This document shows, piece by piece, positions 32,842-42,914 of a stretch of DNA of 64,000 bases (within the stretch, counting starts at the first letter, position 1; each line of letters opens with the position of its first letter). A program made the translations under genes and the position numbers. The notes under the pieces are model-generated. The model made no database searches and was not told the DNA's origin. It saw nothing but the letters and a program-made list of their open reading frames with translations. Where the stretch lies: the NCBI GenBank assembly GCA_008690995.1, contig VRMN01000003.1, positions 1,116,001 to 1,180,000 on the forward strand, read 5' to 3'. The stretch is from Porphyridium purpureum (taxonomy: Eukaryota).

Positions 32842-33177
32842 ATGGGCGACAGGAAGACATCAAGCCCAGAGCCGCGGGGCGAAATCGCGAGAAACTATGA
32901 TTCGACCCTGTCCGAACACACACACGCCGAGCACTGTGATCAGTGTCTCCTGCGCGAGCCTGCGGACATGAGGCGTGGACGGAGTCTAATCCGATCTGGT
33001 CTGATGCGCGGGAGGAACCAATCGCGAAAATCCGAACATGCGCCCGTGCGGGTCATTTCGCGATCTGTGTCTTTGGATGATGCCGCTCCGGATTTGACGC
33101 CAGCGAAGCGCGGGCTCAGGTTCGAACGGATTGATTCTGCTCAGAGCGAGACGAATCAACGTGCGGGAGAGAAATAG
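32842..33177 (+). CDS. Possible small hypothetical protein (111 aa)
   Basis: ATG start and hydrophilic composition; two CCACGTGTT G-box-like motifs upstream (about 32302 and 32340); no family recognised. Confidence 0.3.
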   Translation: MGDRKTSSPEPRGEIARNYDSTLSEHTHAEHCDQCLLREPADMRRGRSLIRSGLMRGRNQSRKSEHAPVRVISRSVSLDDAAPDLTPAKRGLRFERIDSAQSETNQRAGEK

Positions 33178-36100
33178 AAGAACTTTAGATAACTTAGAGA
33201 TTACTGATTCTGCGCTTTGCCGATACAATGTTTTCCCTTGCTGTTTTGTGCCGCTGCGTGAGCGCAGAGGAGCTCCTCGGCTTCTCTCGGCTTCGTCCGG
33301 GGCGCTGTTCCGCGAAATACCGGAGCGAGATCGGTTCGTCTTGGCCCACCGGGTCATGCTGCTGGGTTGGCGGGGACTTTTTCTTTTCTTCCGTCTCACC
33401 CATCTTGCTCTGACGTCTGTTGCGATGAGTGTCCCGTCGACTCTGGCGTTTCACTCGCAGGTGTCTGCCTTAGATGCTGTGCTCTGATTTCTGAAAAATG
33501 AACTGTTCCGCTCTCCGTGCCGGCGACTCCCAGCTTGAGATCATTACTCAAATCCCAGCACTACCTTACTCTCCTGCTCCATGACAATGCCATGGACGCC
33601 AGTCATATAGTCCTCTTGCGTAAGGGCCGACTGCCCGGTCGTTTCAGGAAAGGTCCGGTTTGAAAGCAGGTCTGGTGTCCCTTCGCCAAGCGAATGCGCC
33701 AAGAGCGTGTCCCGCAGGCAGAACCCATCCTTGGAATTCTTGCACAACGGAAAAAAAGAAAAGGAATTTTTTTAAACCGCTCGCGCCCCCTGTTTGTCGG
33801 AGACCATTGCGAGTCATGGCCACATTGAAGTTTCGGCGGAGCGAAGGGCTGCATGTGAGGGATACAAGCCGTGTCCACGTTTTATTCCGATCTTCTCGCG
33901 TAATCAGCTTCTTGGCCTATGTCTGCTGGGCATGATTGTCGGGTAGGAACTTCTGCGCTTTACTCGTTCCGCGCCGCAGGGCGTCACGGCTTGAAACCCT
34001 TCGCTGGTTGCGATTGTGTGCGCTCTGTGCACGACCATGCGGCAGCAGCCGCTTACGTCTGGCGCGTTGTACGCGCAAAGCGCGCGTTGCGAAAGAGCTT
34101 CGTGAAGAACGGGGCGTGAGAAGGCAAAGGCTGACTTGACTGGTGGTGGTAAACTTGTACGAAGAAGTGAAGCGTATACGCGCCTCATCGACAGAGCAGG
34201 TAACGTTGTGCAGAGAAAGCACAATTGCGTGAGTCAGCGTCAGTAAACCATGTGACAAGATGAGAAGGAATCGGAACACAGTCATTCTTGCACCAATCAC
34301 AGGCGCACATGCAATTCTCAGCTCAGCGAAACTGGGGCAGATGAAGTCTGCCACCGCAGGATTGCCAGTTGAAAGCACGCCGCGGATGAAGCCATTATCC
34401 CCGTATGGCGTGCGCGGTAGTGTCTGTGCTCAGCATAGCGCGAGAATGTGCCTCTGGCAGCTCTGCATAAACCGCAAGGCCTCTCTCGGCCAGGCCAAAC
34501 GAAACGGATGGACCGGAACGTTCGCGCTTGAAGTGACGGCATCTGCGTGCACCAACGCGAGCCCGTGCCGCTTTGACGCCATTGACAGAACAAGACACAC
34601 ACGCGGCCGACGACCGGTAAGGGCCTGTTATGCCAATAACGAGCCCGAGAAATAGGCCCTTGCATCTACCTGGCGGAACCCACGTGGACTCTTCGTTGAT
34701 GGGAATGATGAGGGCTGCAAAGGGTCTGAACTTGGTCACGGTAGCGACGAAGTGGTTGCTCACTAATGGCCTTGCATTGCCAGTGCGGTTCTTTTAATTC
34801 TGACTGTTGATGAAGATTGCATGTTTCACGCCATGGGATAAAGAATGGTCGACTGTGGACAAGGTACGACTTTTGACCATTACATGGAAGTGAAAGCGGA
34901 TTTTCACTGAGGCTCGGTCTTCGCGTGAGAAGCAGCGGCAGCTGATTGCCACAAAGAAAAATTTACCAGGGAGCTGGCTGACTGAGCCCCAGCACGTCCG
35001 GTTGGTTGGCCGCAAACATATCTCATGAGGATAACTTGACTGCGAGAACAGGACGCACGTGTGCAACTGTGCTGCCTGCGTAGTCCGAATTCTAGATGTT
35101 TTTCCAGGACATGGTACAGATCGCACATGCGGAACCGAATCCTATTCAGATATTTGTTCAGACGAAACCAGACCACCTCTTCTCATAATACCCTTCCCCT
35201 TTGTACTTTGACTGATGAATGTGATAACCTTCTTGAGCATGCTTGTTCAGCTGCGTGCGTGTCATGCGCGACACGTACATGGCCGAGCATCGAGAAAATT
35301 CAAAGGCCGCTCAACGGCCGCTGCCCTCCACGCGCAAGATGACGGTGCTGCCTACCGTGCGTGCGCCGATGCTTGGGGATTGTCTCGCAATGCGCTTTAC
35401 ACTTTACGGACGTTCACCGCATTGTTTCCAAGCCGTGCTCGGCACGCTCCTCTCGCATGCCGATGGAGGGATAAGAGTGGTCTCGCCAAGCTGCTGCGGA
35501 GATGATGGCTGAGAACTGAGAAACAGCAAACGAGCTGGACAAGACGAAAATGCCCGCTTAGGTATTTGTGAACAGATTCAAGGCAAGCATTGAATTCACG
35601 GATCTGTTCTACCGCGGGGAGAAAGGAGGCCGCGGACGTTGTGGAAACACGTACTCTGTCACTGGCCAGGACGTGGCGGCGCTAAGGTGGCCGACTGAGA
35701 TCAATACAAAGCATTCTGACCCCCCGCCCTGCGCGGCTAGAGTCAGCAGACAGTCAAGGTGACTGGCCTGGCTCAGGCTCGGTATCTTCGTCTGGCACGA
35801 TCACGGCGTCTGGCCAGAAATCTTCGCGCTCGTCGACGCTGCTGGAGACCAGAAAAAGCCTGGAGCTGCTGCAGCTATACTCCCCGAAAGCAAATTCGCG
35901 ACTCTTAGAAAGCGCCACAGAGTCGCTGATGAGTCGGGCCCGGCTAAGTGACGAAGGAGGCTCGCCGAACAGTCCGCGTGTGCTGTCGCCAGAGGCGCGG
36001 CGCCGGAGTGGTCGCACCGAAAAGGCCTTGTCCCCGCGAGGAGCATTCTCAGACGCAAGTCGCATGCGAAGTCCGCCGCTCGGCCGCAGCCACGGACACG

Positions 36101-36268
36101 GTCATGTCACCCGTCCATCTCGGCGGCACACGCACGTCAGCGGCGAACACGACCCACCAAAAACCTTTTCAATCTCGTAAATCAGCAGTGTTCGGAACTG
36201 CGCATATAGCGTCTTGCCGGAGACTTGCCGAATAGGGGGAGCTGTCTGAAGCAGATTTCGAGAATATC

Positions 36269-37259
36269 ATGGTGGCGTGGATAGGCGTGCAAGTCCACTT
36301 TCGTACCAACGACAGGAGCCAATGTATTTCCAAGAGCGCGGCGGCGGTCTCTGCGCTTGACGCAGCGTCCAAGCGCATTCCGGTAAGACCAAATTCACGG
36401 CGCGGCGTAGGTGTTTTTATGACCGTCCCTCCGTCGGGACGGAACCGTCCAGAGAGTTTTGAGGAGGAAAGCATTCGGTTCCTGGAGGAGCAGCAGCGAC
36501 GGCGCGAGCAGCGGGCGAGACGGCGGGATGGAGGTGCGAATTCTGACAGCGATACTCCCAGGGCTGCGGAATCACGACCAAGGCAAGATCGCGAGATGGC
36601 AGCGTGGCGTGACGTGCGTCGAGATCGGGAGCTTGGTGACACGACAAGCCGTGCCGCGCCGCAGCGACAACAGCTAGACAGGCGAACCAGAGAAAACAGT
36701 GAGAGCGAATCCAGTCGTCTACAGACTTCCTCCCGGCGTGTGCCGCGCGAGCAAAACGCCGGGCTTAAAGTCGGGCAAGTATACAACGGGACTGTCGTCA
36801 AAGTGGTTTCGTTTGGAGCCTTCATTGCGCTCGAAAGCACCAGCACGCCGGACATTCAAGGCCTAGTGCATATTTCGGAAATTGGTGCGCGGTTTGTTTC
36901 CAACGTCGAGGATGAGCTGAGCGTGGGTCAACAGGTGCGCGTCAAGCTTATCTCAATGGATCGCGACCGCATTTCATTGAGTATCAAGCAGGCGCGCGGT
37001 GGGCCTCCTGACGGCATGCAGGATAGCAAGTACAACCGTGTCGTGCAGCTAGGAGGAGACTGGGGTGATCCATGGGGAGAAGATCCAGACCATCCAACCA
37101 AATGGACTGACTTTGGTGAGCGACCCTCGCCATTCCCCGAGTTCCTGGCAGACGACGTTTGCATCCGCTACACTCGCCGTCTTTCTTAATTCATCCGATT
37201 CATGGCAGGAAGAATCATTTTGGGAGTATGTACCCACATTAGAGTGGAACGGTACCTGA
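36269..37259 (+). CDS. S1-domain RNA-binding protein, probably plastid-targeted; predicted 52-nt intron at 37157-37208
   Basis: S1 motif VGQVYNGTVVKVVSFGAFI...GLVHISEI...VGQQVRVKLI...RISLSIKQ. The unspliced ORF ends at 37189; the spliced form ends EESFWEYVPTLEWNGT. Confidence 0.85.
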
Positions 37260-37275
37260 ATGTAAATGGCGTAGA

Positions 37276-37818
37276 TCAGTCGTTCTTGACGAATTCCATG
37301 CGATTCTGATCCTCGAGTGTATCAGTTGCGACGACCGCATCGTGCTCTTCACCCTCGATTCTCCAGGGCACCTTGCCCCATTCCACTCCAAAACGAAGTG
37401 GACGAATGAAATTCGCCACGCGCTTCATGCTCAGCGTGAACCGTCCCTCCTTCTTCGCGAGCACCAAGACGTGCACAATCTCGCCCAACTTAATTTCATC
37501 TTCGACATGTGCCACAAATCCGTTCCGTATTTCTGACACGTGCACCAACCCAACAGGTCCTTCCCGCGAAGGCAAGTGTGACGGCGGCCGGCACGGACTA
37601 TTGTCCGTCAGCGGGGAGACCAGCTCGACAAAGACACCATAAGGTTGGTGCCCCACACAAAGGCCCCGGTACACTTCACCCACATGAATCACCGGCGTAC
37701 TTGACCCCGCCGGTGCTCGCGCCTTTAGATGCGCAACAGGCTTACTACGAGCGCCGGATGCCCGCGGCTGGTCATTGTGTGCGCGTGGACTTGGTGCTTC
37801 GCGTTCGTTTTCGTCCAT
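37276..37818 (-). CDS. Second S1-domain RNA-binding protein
   Basis: VGEVYRG...YGVFVEL...GLVHVSEI...LGEIVHVLVL...RFTLSMKR. Confidence 0.85.
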   Translation of the reverse strand: MDENEREAPSPRAHNDQPRASGARSKPVAHLKARAPAGSSTPVIHVGEVYRGLCVGHQPYGVFVELVSPLTDNSPCRPPSHLPSREGPVGLVHVSEIRNGFVAHVEDEIKLGEIVHVLVLAKKEGRFTLSMKRVANFIRPLRFGVEWGKVPWRIEGEEHDAVVATDTLEDQNRMEFVKND

Positions 37819-37976
37819 CGATCAGGCTCGCGCACCGCACACCCACTGACATTTGAGCCTTTGTCTGGTTTCCCGGGAGAACAAAGACGTCAAGGAGATT
37901 CAAGAAGGTTGGTGCGACAGGCGAAAGAGCAAGGGACACCGGACTGAGCCGCGGATTGAACGACCGGGCTCTTGCG

Positions 37977-40331
37977 ATGCCGGAAAGCATGGCGTTTGTT
38001 CGGCCGGGTGGTTGGCAAAGCCACGTGCATAGGGCCAAGCGAACGGGAGATGACGAGTTGCACAAGGCTTCATGTGGACAGGCTTCGTCTAGATGGTCCT
38101 TGTGGAAGGGGCCGTCAAGAATAGCGTCAGTGGTTCCGTGTCATACGTCTTACATGGCGGCAGGCCGTCGAGTGGCGTTCAGCATGCGCGTGAGCGACGT
38201 AGATTTGCCTGGTGAACAGACAAAGAAGCATCCGGAGGACGCGGCTCGGCGCAAGGGGCACTTCTTTGTCGTGTGGGGCCCGCCCGGAACGGGCAAGACA
38301 ACGCTTTGCGAGCACTTATCGTCCGCGCACAACATGGTGCATATATCATCAGGCGCGTTGCTGCGAGCGCACCTGCGTAACCGAACTGAGCTAGGTGAGC
38401 AGGCGCGCGAGTTTGTGGAACAGGGAAAGATTGTGCCGGACGAGATCATGGTGAAAATTCTGCTCGAACGAATTCAGCAACCGGATTGCCGCGAGGGTGG
38501 CTTCCTAGGAGATGGCTTCCCGCGCTCTCTTGGCCAATTTGATGCGATGCGCGAGGCAGGGTTTGTATGCGAGAAGGCCTTCATGTTGCACGCGCCCCGA
38601 TCGGTGCTCAGAAAACGCATTCAGTTCCGCCGCGTTGATCCAGTGACTAAGCATATTTATAATCTGCGCTATTTGCCGCCGGCGTCTCAAGAAATAAGGG
38701 ATCGCCTTGTCATGCTCTGGACAGACACGGAGGAGAAGATAGAGACAAAACTGTCCGAGTACGGACGCACAAGTGCGGTGCTCTTTGACATGCTTTCAAA
38801 AAGCATTGTCTCGATTGACGCCGAGCAGCCGCCGGACGTGATCTTTAGACAGATTTCCCGCATTTTGCAGGACGAAGGGATTCCGGCCTTGCCGCACGAC
38901 TTTTATCACGATGTTGAATATGGACCACCTGAAGTTCAAGCTGGCTATTCTGGGTACCAAACTCGCAAGAGTCGTGCTGCCGCTGATGCGGAGGCCGGTA
39001 TAGAGCCTGGTGGATGGCTGGGACCATGGGCAGAGGAGAGTGACATAAGCAGCGGGTCAGATAATGATGGAGTGTACGATCCTGGTTCGCGCGCGGCCGG
39101 GAACAATGGAGCCGTCGCACGAGACAGCGAAGGAAAGAATAGGAGCTTGAGGAACCCAAAGATCGATGGAATGGAGGATACAGACAGTGCCAGTCAATAC
39201 GGTAGCCGAGCAGATTCATTCTTAGAAGATGCGAGTTTGCGCTTTCCGGGAAAGACGTCGCTACAGCAGACCACGCGTGGCGGCAAAGTTCCCGTGACGC
39301 TGATTCGTTGCGATGGATATGTGTGTGAGCGTGAGAGCGTCGAAGACGGGAACATTGCGTTTCGAGGAGCGGCGACCGAGCAAGTCATGCTCGTGTGGAA
39401 TGAGCGCCCGCGCACGGTTCTTCTTTTGTGCAAGAAGGATAAGTCGCTGCTTCCAACCGTACTCGAGACGGCGCAGAATCTCATGAGCAATCAATCGCTC
39501 CGAGTCATCGTGGAGCCCTTCGTGCAAACTGAGGCGCTTGCCAAGGGTATGAATCTCGAGCCATTTACGCGCGGGGACAAGCTAGAGAATGAGATTGATT
39601 TCGTGGTGTGTTTAGGTGGCGACGGACTGATTCTTCACGTTTCAACGCTGTTCGCCAATGCAGTCCCTCCCGTGATCTGCTTCAATTTTGGCAGCCTCGG
39701 ATTTTTGACACCGTTTGTGTACGAGGACTTTGATAAGGAGATCGAGTCTGTGATTGAGGGGAACTTGCTGATGAGTTTAAGGATGCGGCTGCACTGCACA
39801 GTTTTCAGCGAGGCAAAGCCAGACCGGGAATTCCACGTCCTAAATGAGCTGGTGGTCGATCGCGGAGCGTCATCATATCTGAGCTATTTGGACTGTTTCT
39901 GCGACGACAAGTACATCACGACTGTGCAAGCGGACGGCATCATTGTGTCGACTCCGACTGGATCAACTGCATACTCAATGTCTGCAGGCGGCTCCATGGT
40001 GCATCCGTCGGTACCGGCTATTCTCTTCACGCCGGTGTGCCCGCATAGTTTGTCTTTCCGACCCATTGTCTTTCCTGACTCGGCCAGGCTGCGTATTTGT
40101 GTGTCCCAGGACTCGCGTGCGGTTTCGTGGGCGTCGTTCGACGGCAAGTTCCGTCAGCAACTTCGACGCGGCGACGGTGTGCTCGTGCAGATGAGCCTGT
40201 ACCCAGTACCGACGATCAATAAGACAGACCATACGGGCGATTGGTTCGGCGGACTCAGTCGCGCCTTCAACTTCAATATGCGCGCTCAGCAGAAGCCGCT
40301 AGACAAAATCGATGAAAAGCCACGGCACTAG
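37977..40331 (+). CDS. Plastid-type NAD kinase with an N-terminal adenylate-kinase-like domain
   Basis: AK part: GPPGTGKTT, HISSGALLR, DGFPRS, RRVDPVT..IY. NADK part: CLGGDG, GSLGFL, LNE, DG..VSTPTGSTAYSMSAGGS. Start 37977 or 37989 (MAFV...). Confidence 0.92.
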   Translation: MPESMAFVRPGGWQSHVHRAKRTGDDELHKASCGQASSRWSLWKGPSRIASVVPCHTSYMAAGRRVAFSMRVSDVDLPGEQTKKHPEDAARRKGHFFVVWGPPGTGKTTLCEHLSSAHNMVHISSGALLRAHLRNRTELGEQAREFVEQGKIVPDEIMVKILLERIQQPDCREGGFLGDGFPRSLGQFDAMREAGFVCEKAFMLHAPRSVLRKRIQFRRVDPVTKHIYNLRYLPPASQEIRDRLVMLWTDTEEKIETKLSEYGRTSAVLFDMLSKSIVSIDAEQPPDVIFRQISRILQDEGIPALPHDFYHDVEYGPPEVQAGYSGYQTRKSRAAADAEAGIEPGGWLGPWAEESDISSGSDNDGVYDPGSRAAGNNGAVARDSEGKNRSLRNPKIDGMEDTDSASQYGSRADSFLEDASLRFPGKTSLQQTTRGGKVPVTLIRCDGYVCERESVEDGNIAFRGAATEQVMLVWNERPRTVLLLCKKDKSLLPTVLETAQNLMSNQSLRVIVEPFVQTEALAKGMNLEPFTRGDKLENEIDFVVCLGGDGLILHVSTLFANAVPPVICFNFGSLGFLTPFVYEDFDKEIESVIEGNLLMSLRMRLHCTVFSEAKPDREFHVLNELVVDRGASSYLSYLDCFCDDKYITTVQADGIIVSTPTGSTAYSMSAGGSMVHPSVPAILFTPVCPHSLSFRPIVFPDSARLRICVSQDSRAVSWASFDGKFRQQLRRGDGVLVQMSLYPVPTINKTDHTGDWFGGLSRAFNFNMRAQQKPLDKIDEKPRH

Positions 40332-40466
40332 CTGCATGAATAGGATCGCTTCGATGATTTCGCGCACTTATTAAAAAAATTTATTGCATGCAAATAAAGA
40401 AACTGCAGCATGCCCTCCGGCGCACAAAATTCTAAACCGGTCTTCCTTCCGCCGGACGGTCTGAAG

Positions 40467-41186
40467 CTAGATCGACTTGCTTTCACAGCGGCAACCACCC
40501 GACTGGTTGCACTTTTTCGGGTCACAGCCACACTCAAGGCTGCTGCACTGGCATAACTTGTTGTCCTCACCTGCGGCGATAGATCCACAGCACCCACCGC
40601 GCAAGGAAGGCTCGGTCGCAGGGACCGGCATTGTGGCCACGTTACTCACACAGCACGCATCGACTTCGATCTGGTCCTCTGCGACAGTAGCCACGTAGCG
40701 ATCACCGCCTTTCCCGAGAAGTGCATTCAGTTTCCCGTGCGGCGCAAGCAGCTGCCATGACAGCCAGCCGAGGCCGTGACCGAGCACAACCGACACGATG
40801 ATACCTACATTCATGCTCATGATCAGCAACATGGCGAAGTAATGTCCGCCGTGGCGCAGCGCGAGCAGCGCGGCGCTCACAAGCTCAGGACCTGGCGAAC
40901 GCAGGCGACGCGAATCGACGACGCGCCTCTCCCACACGCGGGACGCGGCCGAGAACCACGTCACGAACCAAGCAAAAAACATGCTTGCGAAGAACGCGCC
41001 CGCAAACCCGGCCGCGCTCGTGATGTACGCTTCCTCAAATATCAAATAAAAGCCCGTGGTCGACGTAAACAAGAACGGCGACATGCCTTCGTGCGCCATT
41101 GACATCGGCGCATCACCATGATCATGATGATGATCATGGTCCATCATCCCACCATCCATCGTCTCATTCATGTGACGAAACGCCAT
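40467..41186 (-). CDS. Ctr/COPT copper transporter with a Cys-rich C-terminal tail
   Basis: Met/His-rich N-terminus (MDGGMMDHDHHHDHG), MLLIM (MxxxM) then MN.G and GHGLG; tail with CC, CQC, CGC, CRC; ATG 41186 lies downstream of a TATA box. Confidence 0.9.
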   Translation of the reverse strand: MAFRHMNETMDGGMMDHDHHHDHGDAPMSMAHEGMSPFLFTSTTGFYLIFEEAYITSAAGFAGAFFASMFFAWFVTWFSAASRVWERRVVDSRRLRSPGPELVSAALLALRHGGHYFAMLLIMSMNVGIIVSVVLGHGLGWLSWQLLAPHGKLNALLGKGGDRYVATVAEDQIEVDACCVSNVATMPVPATEPSLRGGCCGSIAAGEDNKLCQCSSLECGCDPKKCNQSGGCRCESKSI

Positions 41187-41304
41187 CTCGTACCCACCTT
41201 CCTCAACCTTCTCCGCCTTCTCCCTCACACACCCGCCGTTATCGCTGTTGTCGCCGCAGTCGCCGCAATCGCCGCCACCGATATCACCGACGGTCTCTCC
41301 TACG

Positions 41305-41312
41305 TTTTTATA
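41305..41312 (-). promoter_or_regulatory. TATA box of the copper transporter gene
   Basis: TATAAAAA on the minus strand about 120 bp upstream of ATG 41186. Confidence 0.55.
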
Positions 41313-41443
41313 CCGCAACGCCTTCGCGAAAACTCACGCTTCACCAGGACGCTCCTCATACGAAGTTTTCGATTAAGGCGTCCCGTGTCCCACTCCGGTT
41401 CCTCGATAAGCGGCAGCTCGATTTTCCGTTAGCGCGCCGGTTT

Positions 41444-41548
41444 GTGATGACAGATGACAAATATATCATCTACAAGGCGCAATACTTCATCGGGGAGGGA
41501 AATTGTTTCATCTCAGATGACATATTTGTCATTCGAGATGACATGTCA
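41444..41548. promoter_or_regulatory. Palindromic GATGA(CA) motif cluster upstream of Ctr
   Basis: Seven GATGA cores on the two strands; 18-bp inverted repeat 41454-41471 / 41515-41532 (17/18 match); perfect palindrome TGACATGTCA at 41539-41548. Confidence 0.55.
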
Positions 41549-41946
41549 GTGTACCTCCAAGAAGTGAGCTGCGCGGCGCTCGGTCGCGGACTGATTAATG
41601 CGGGGCCGCTGTGGAACGAGCAAAGTCCTAGTGGAGACTGGAACGCGCGAGTCGCACGTTCTTGCGATCTCAACGGCGGCATCGAAGCGCTTGCGCGATT
41701 GCCGGCCGCGCGGGTTTAGATCGTGCGGGCTTTGTTTCCTCGAGCGGGTCATCTGAAGGTGTGATAGGAGCCAGTGTAATGCTCAGAGTCGAGTTGCAAA
41801 AGGATGAACAGATTGGCAATAATTGTGAGGCGGAAAGGCTCACGCGTGAAAGAGAGAGAGCGCGCGCGCAACAAGAGCGGCTCAGCGGTGCTTGGCATTC
41901 AGCTCGCCTGTTTCATGGCAACGAAGGAGAGGCGCTTTTACCACAA

Positions 41947-42714
41947 TTATAGAGTAGTGATGAGGTACGGGTCAGGAAGCAGTGTGGCGACAAATTCGGC
42001 ATTGCCAAGCAGCACAATGTTCTTTCGGAACAGGTCAAGTGTGCCGAGCACGCGCACGGGTCGTTCAATGAGGCGGTCGTGTGTAGGCATCACCGTGTGC
42101 TGCAGCACAGACGAGAGTGGGGCCGAGGAACCGCGGTCCAGAGGCTCTGGCACTGCCCGTGAGCTTGGCGCAGAAGCCAAAGCAAAGGGTTGGGTTGCAC
42201 CACCACATGCACGCAGGTCTCGCACCACGACTTCCAAATCCGCCTCCTTGACCACTTCGACAGCCACGACCAGCTGCTGCTTCGCGCCATCCAGCCCGAG
42301 TAATGCGGCGCGCACTCTCTGCCGCTGGTGCTCCTTCATACCTTTGGCCGACACGCGCAGAAGCACTTTTCCACGAGGCCATTGCCATAACATCTCCTGC
42401 ACAGCTCTGGACAATTGCACGTCGGCCAGTGAGTCGTCCGGCAAAATCTCATTCTCCTCATCCAAAGTCCACTCCAAGCCCGCGCTCGTGGACTCATCCA
42501 TCTCGTCCTCGGACTCATCGTCAAAAGCCCATGATCCGGAAAGCTCGCTCCTTCGCGCTCGCACCACAACCGTCGACGTCCGCACACAACGGAGAGGACA
42601 ATAACTGCGCGTCAAGGATGTTCCCCCGCCATTATTCGCCCCCGCACACGTTCCACCCTCAAAGCAGAGTAAGACGCGCGGGCGCCGCCCCCGTCTCACA
42701 TCGCGCGCACTCAT
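41947..42714 (-). CDS. Hypothetical organellar protein, possibly with a degenerate CRM (CRS1/YhbY) domain
   Basis: Arg-rich transit-like N-terminus, acidic patch, then LLRVSAKGMKEHQRQRVRAALL...LVVAVEV resembling the CRM pattern. Confidence 0.55.
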   Translation of the reverse strand: MSARDVRRGRRPRVLLCFEGGTCAGANNGGGTSLTRSYCPLRCVRTSTVVVRARRSELSGSWAFDDESEDEMDESTSAGLEWTLDEENEILPDDSLADVQLSRAVQEMLWQWPRGKVLLRVSAKGMKEHQRQRVRAALLGLDGAKQQLVVAVEVVKEADLEVVVRDLRACGGATQPFALASAPSSRAVPEPLDRGSSAPLSSVLQHTVMPTHDRLIERPVRVLGTLDLFRKNIVLLGNAEFVATLLPDPYLITTL

Positions 42715-42914
42715 CGTCGCTCGATTCGTCCGGTATTCGCTTCTGCGCCAGTTCGCTTGCTTTGCCCTTCCGCGATGACGCGCCGCAGCGACACGGTCTG
42801 AGACGTCGTATTTACAACCAGTCGTGAAGGTCAGACTTTTCAGAATCAATCGGCTGGTGTCGTGAGGGCCTCAGTCCATCCACAAAATGTATTTTATGTA
42901 CGTCTTCATCTAAA

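Noticed and set aside
34705..34805. ATGATGA...CTGA...CTGA as a second C/D snoRNA
   Set aside because: No terminal stem and no guide of 10 nt or more that I could match to rRNA
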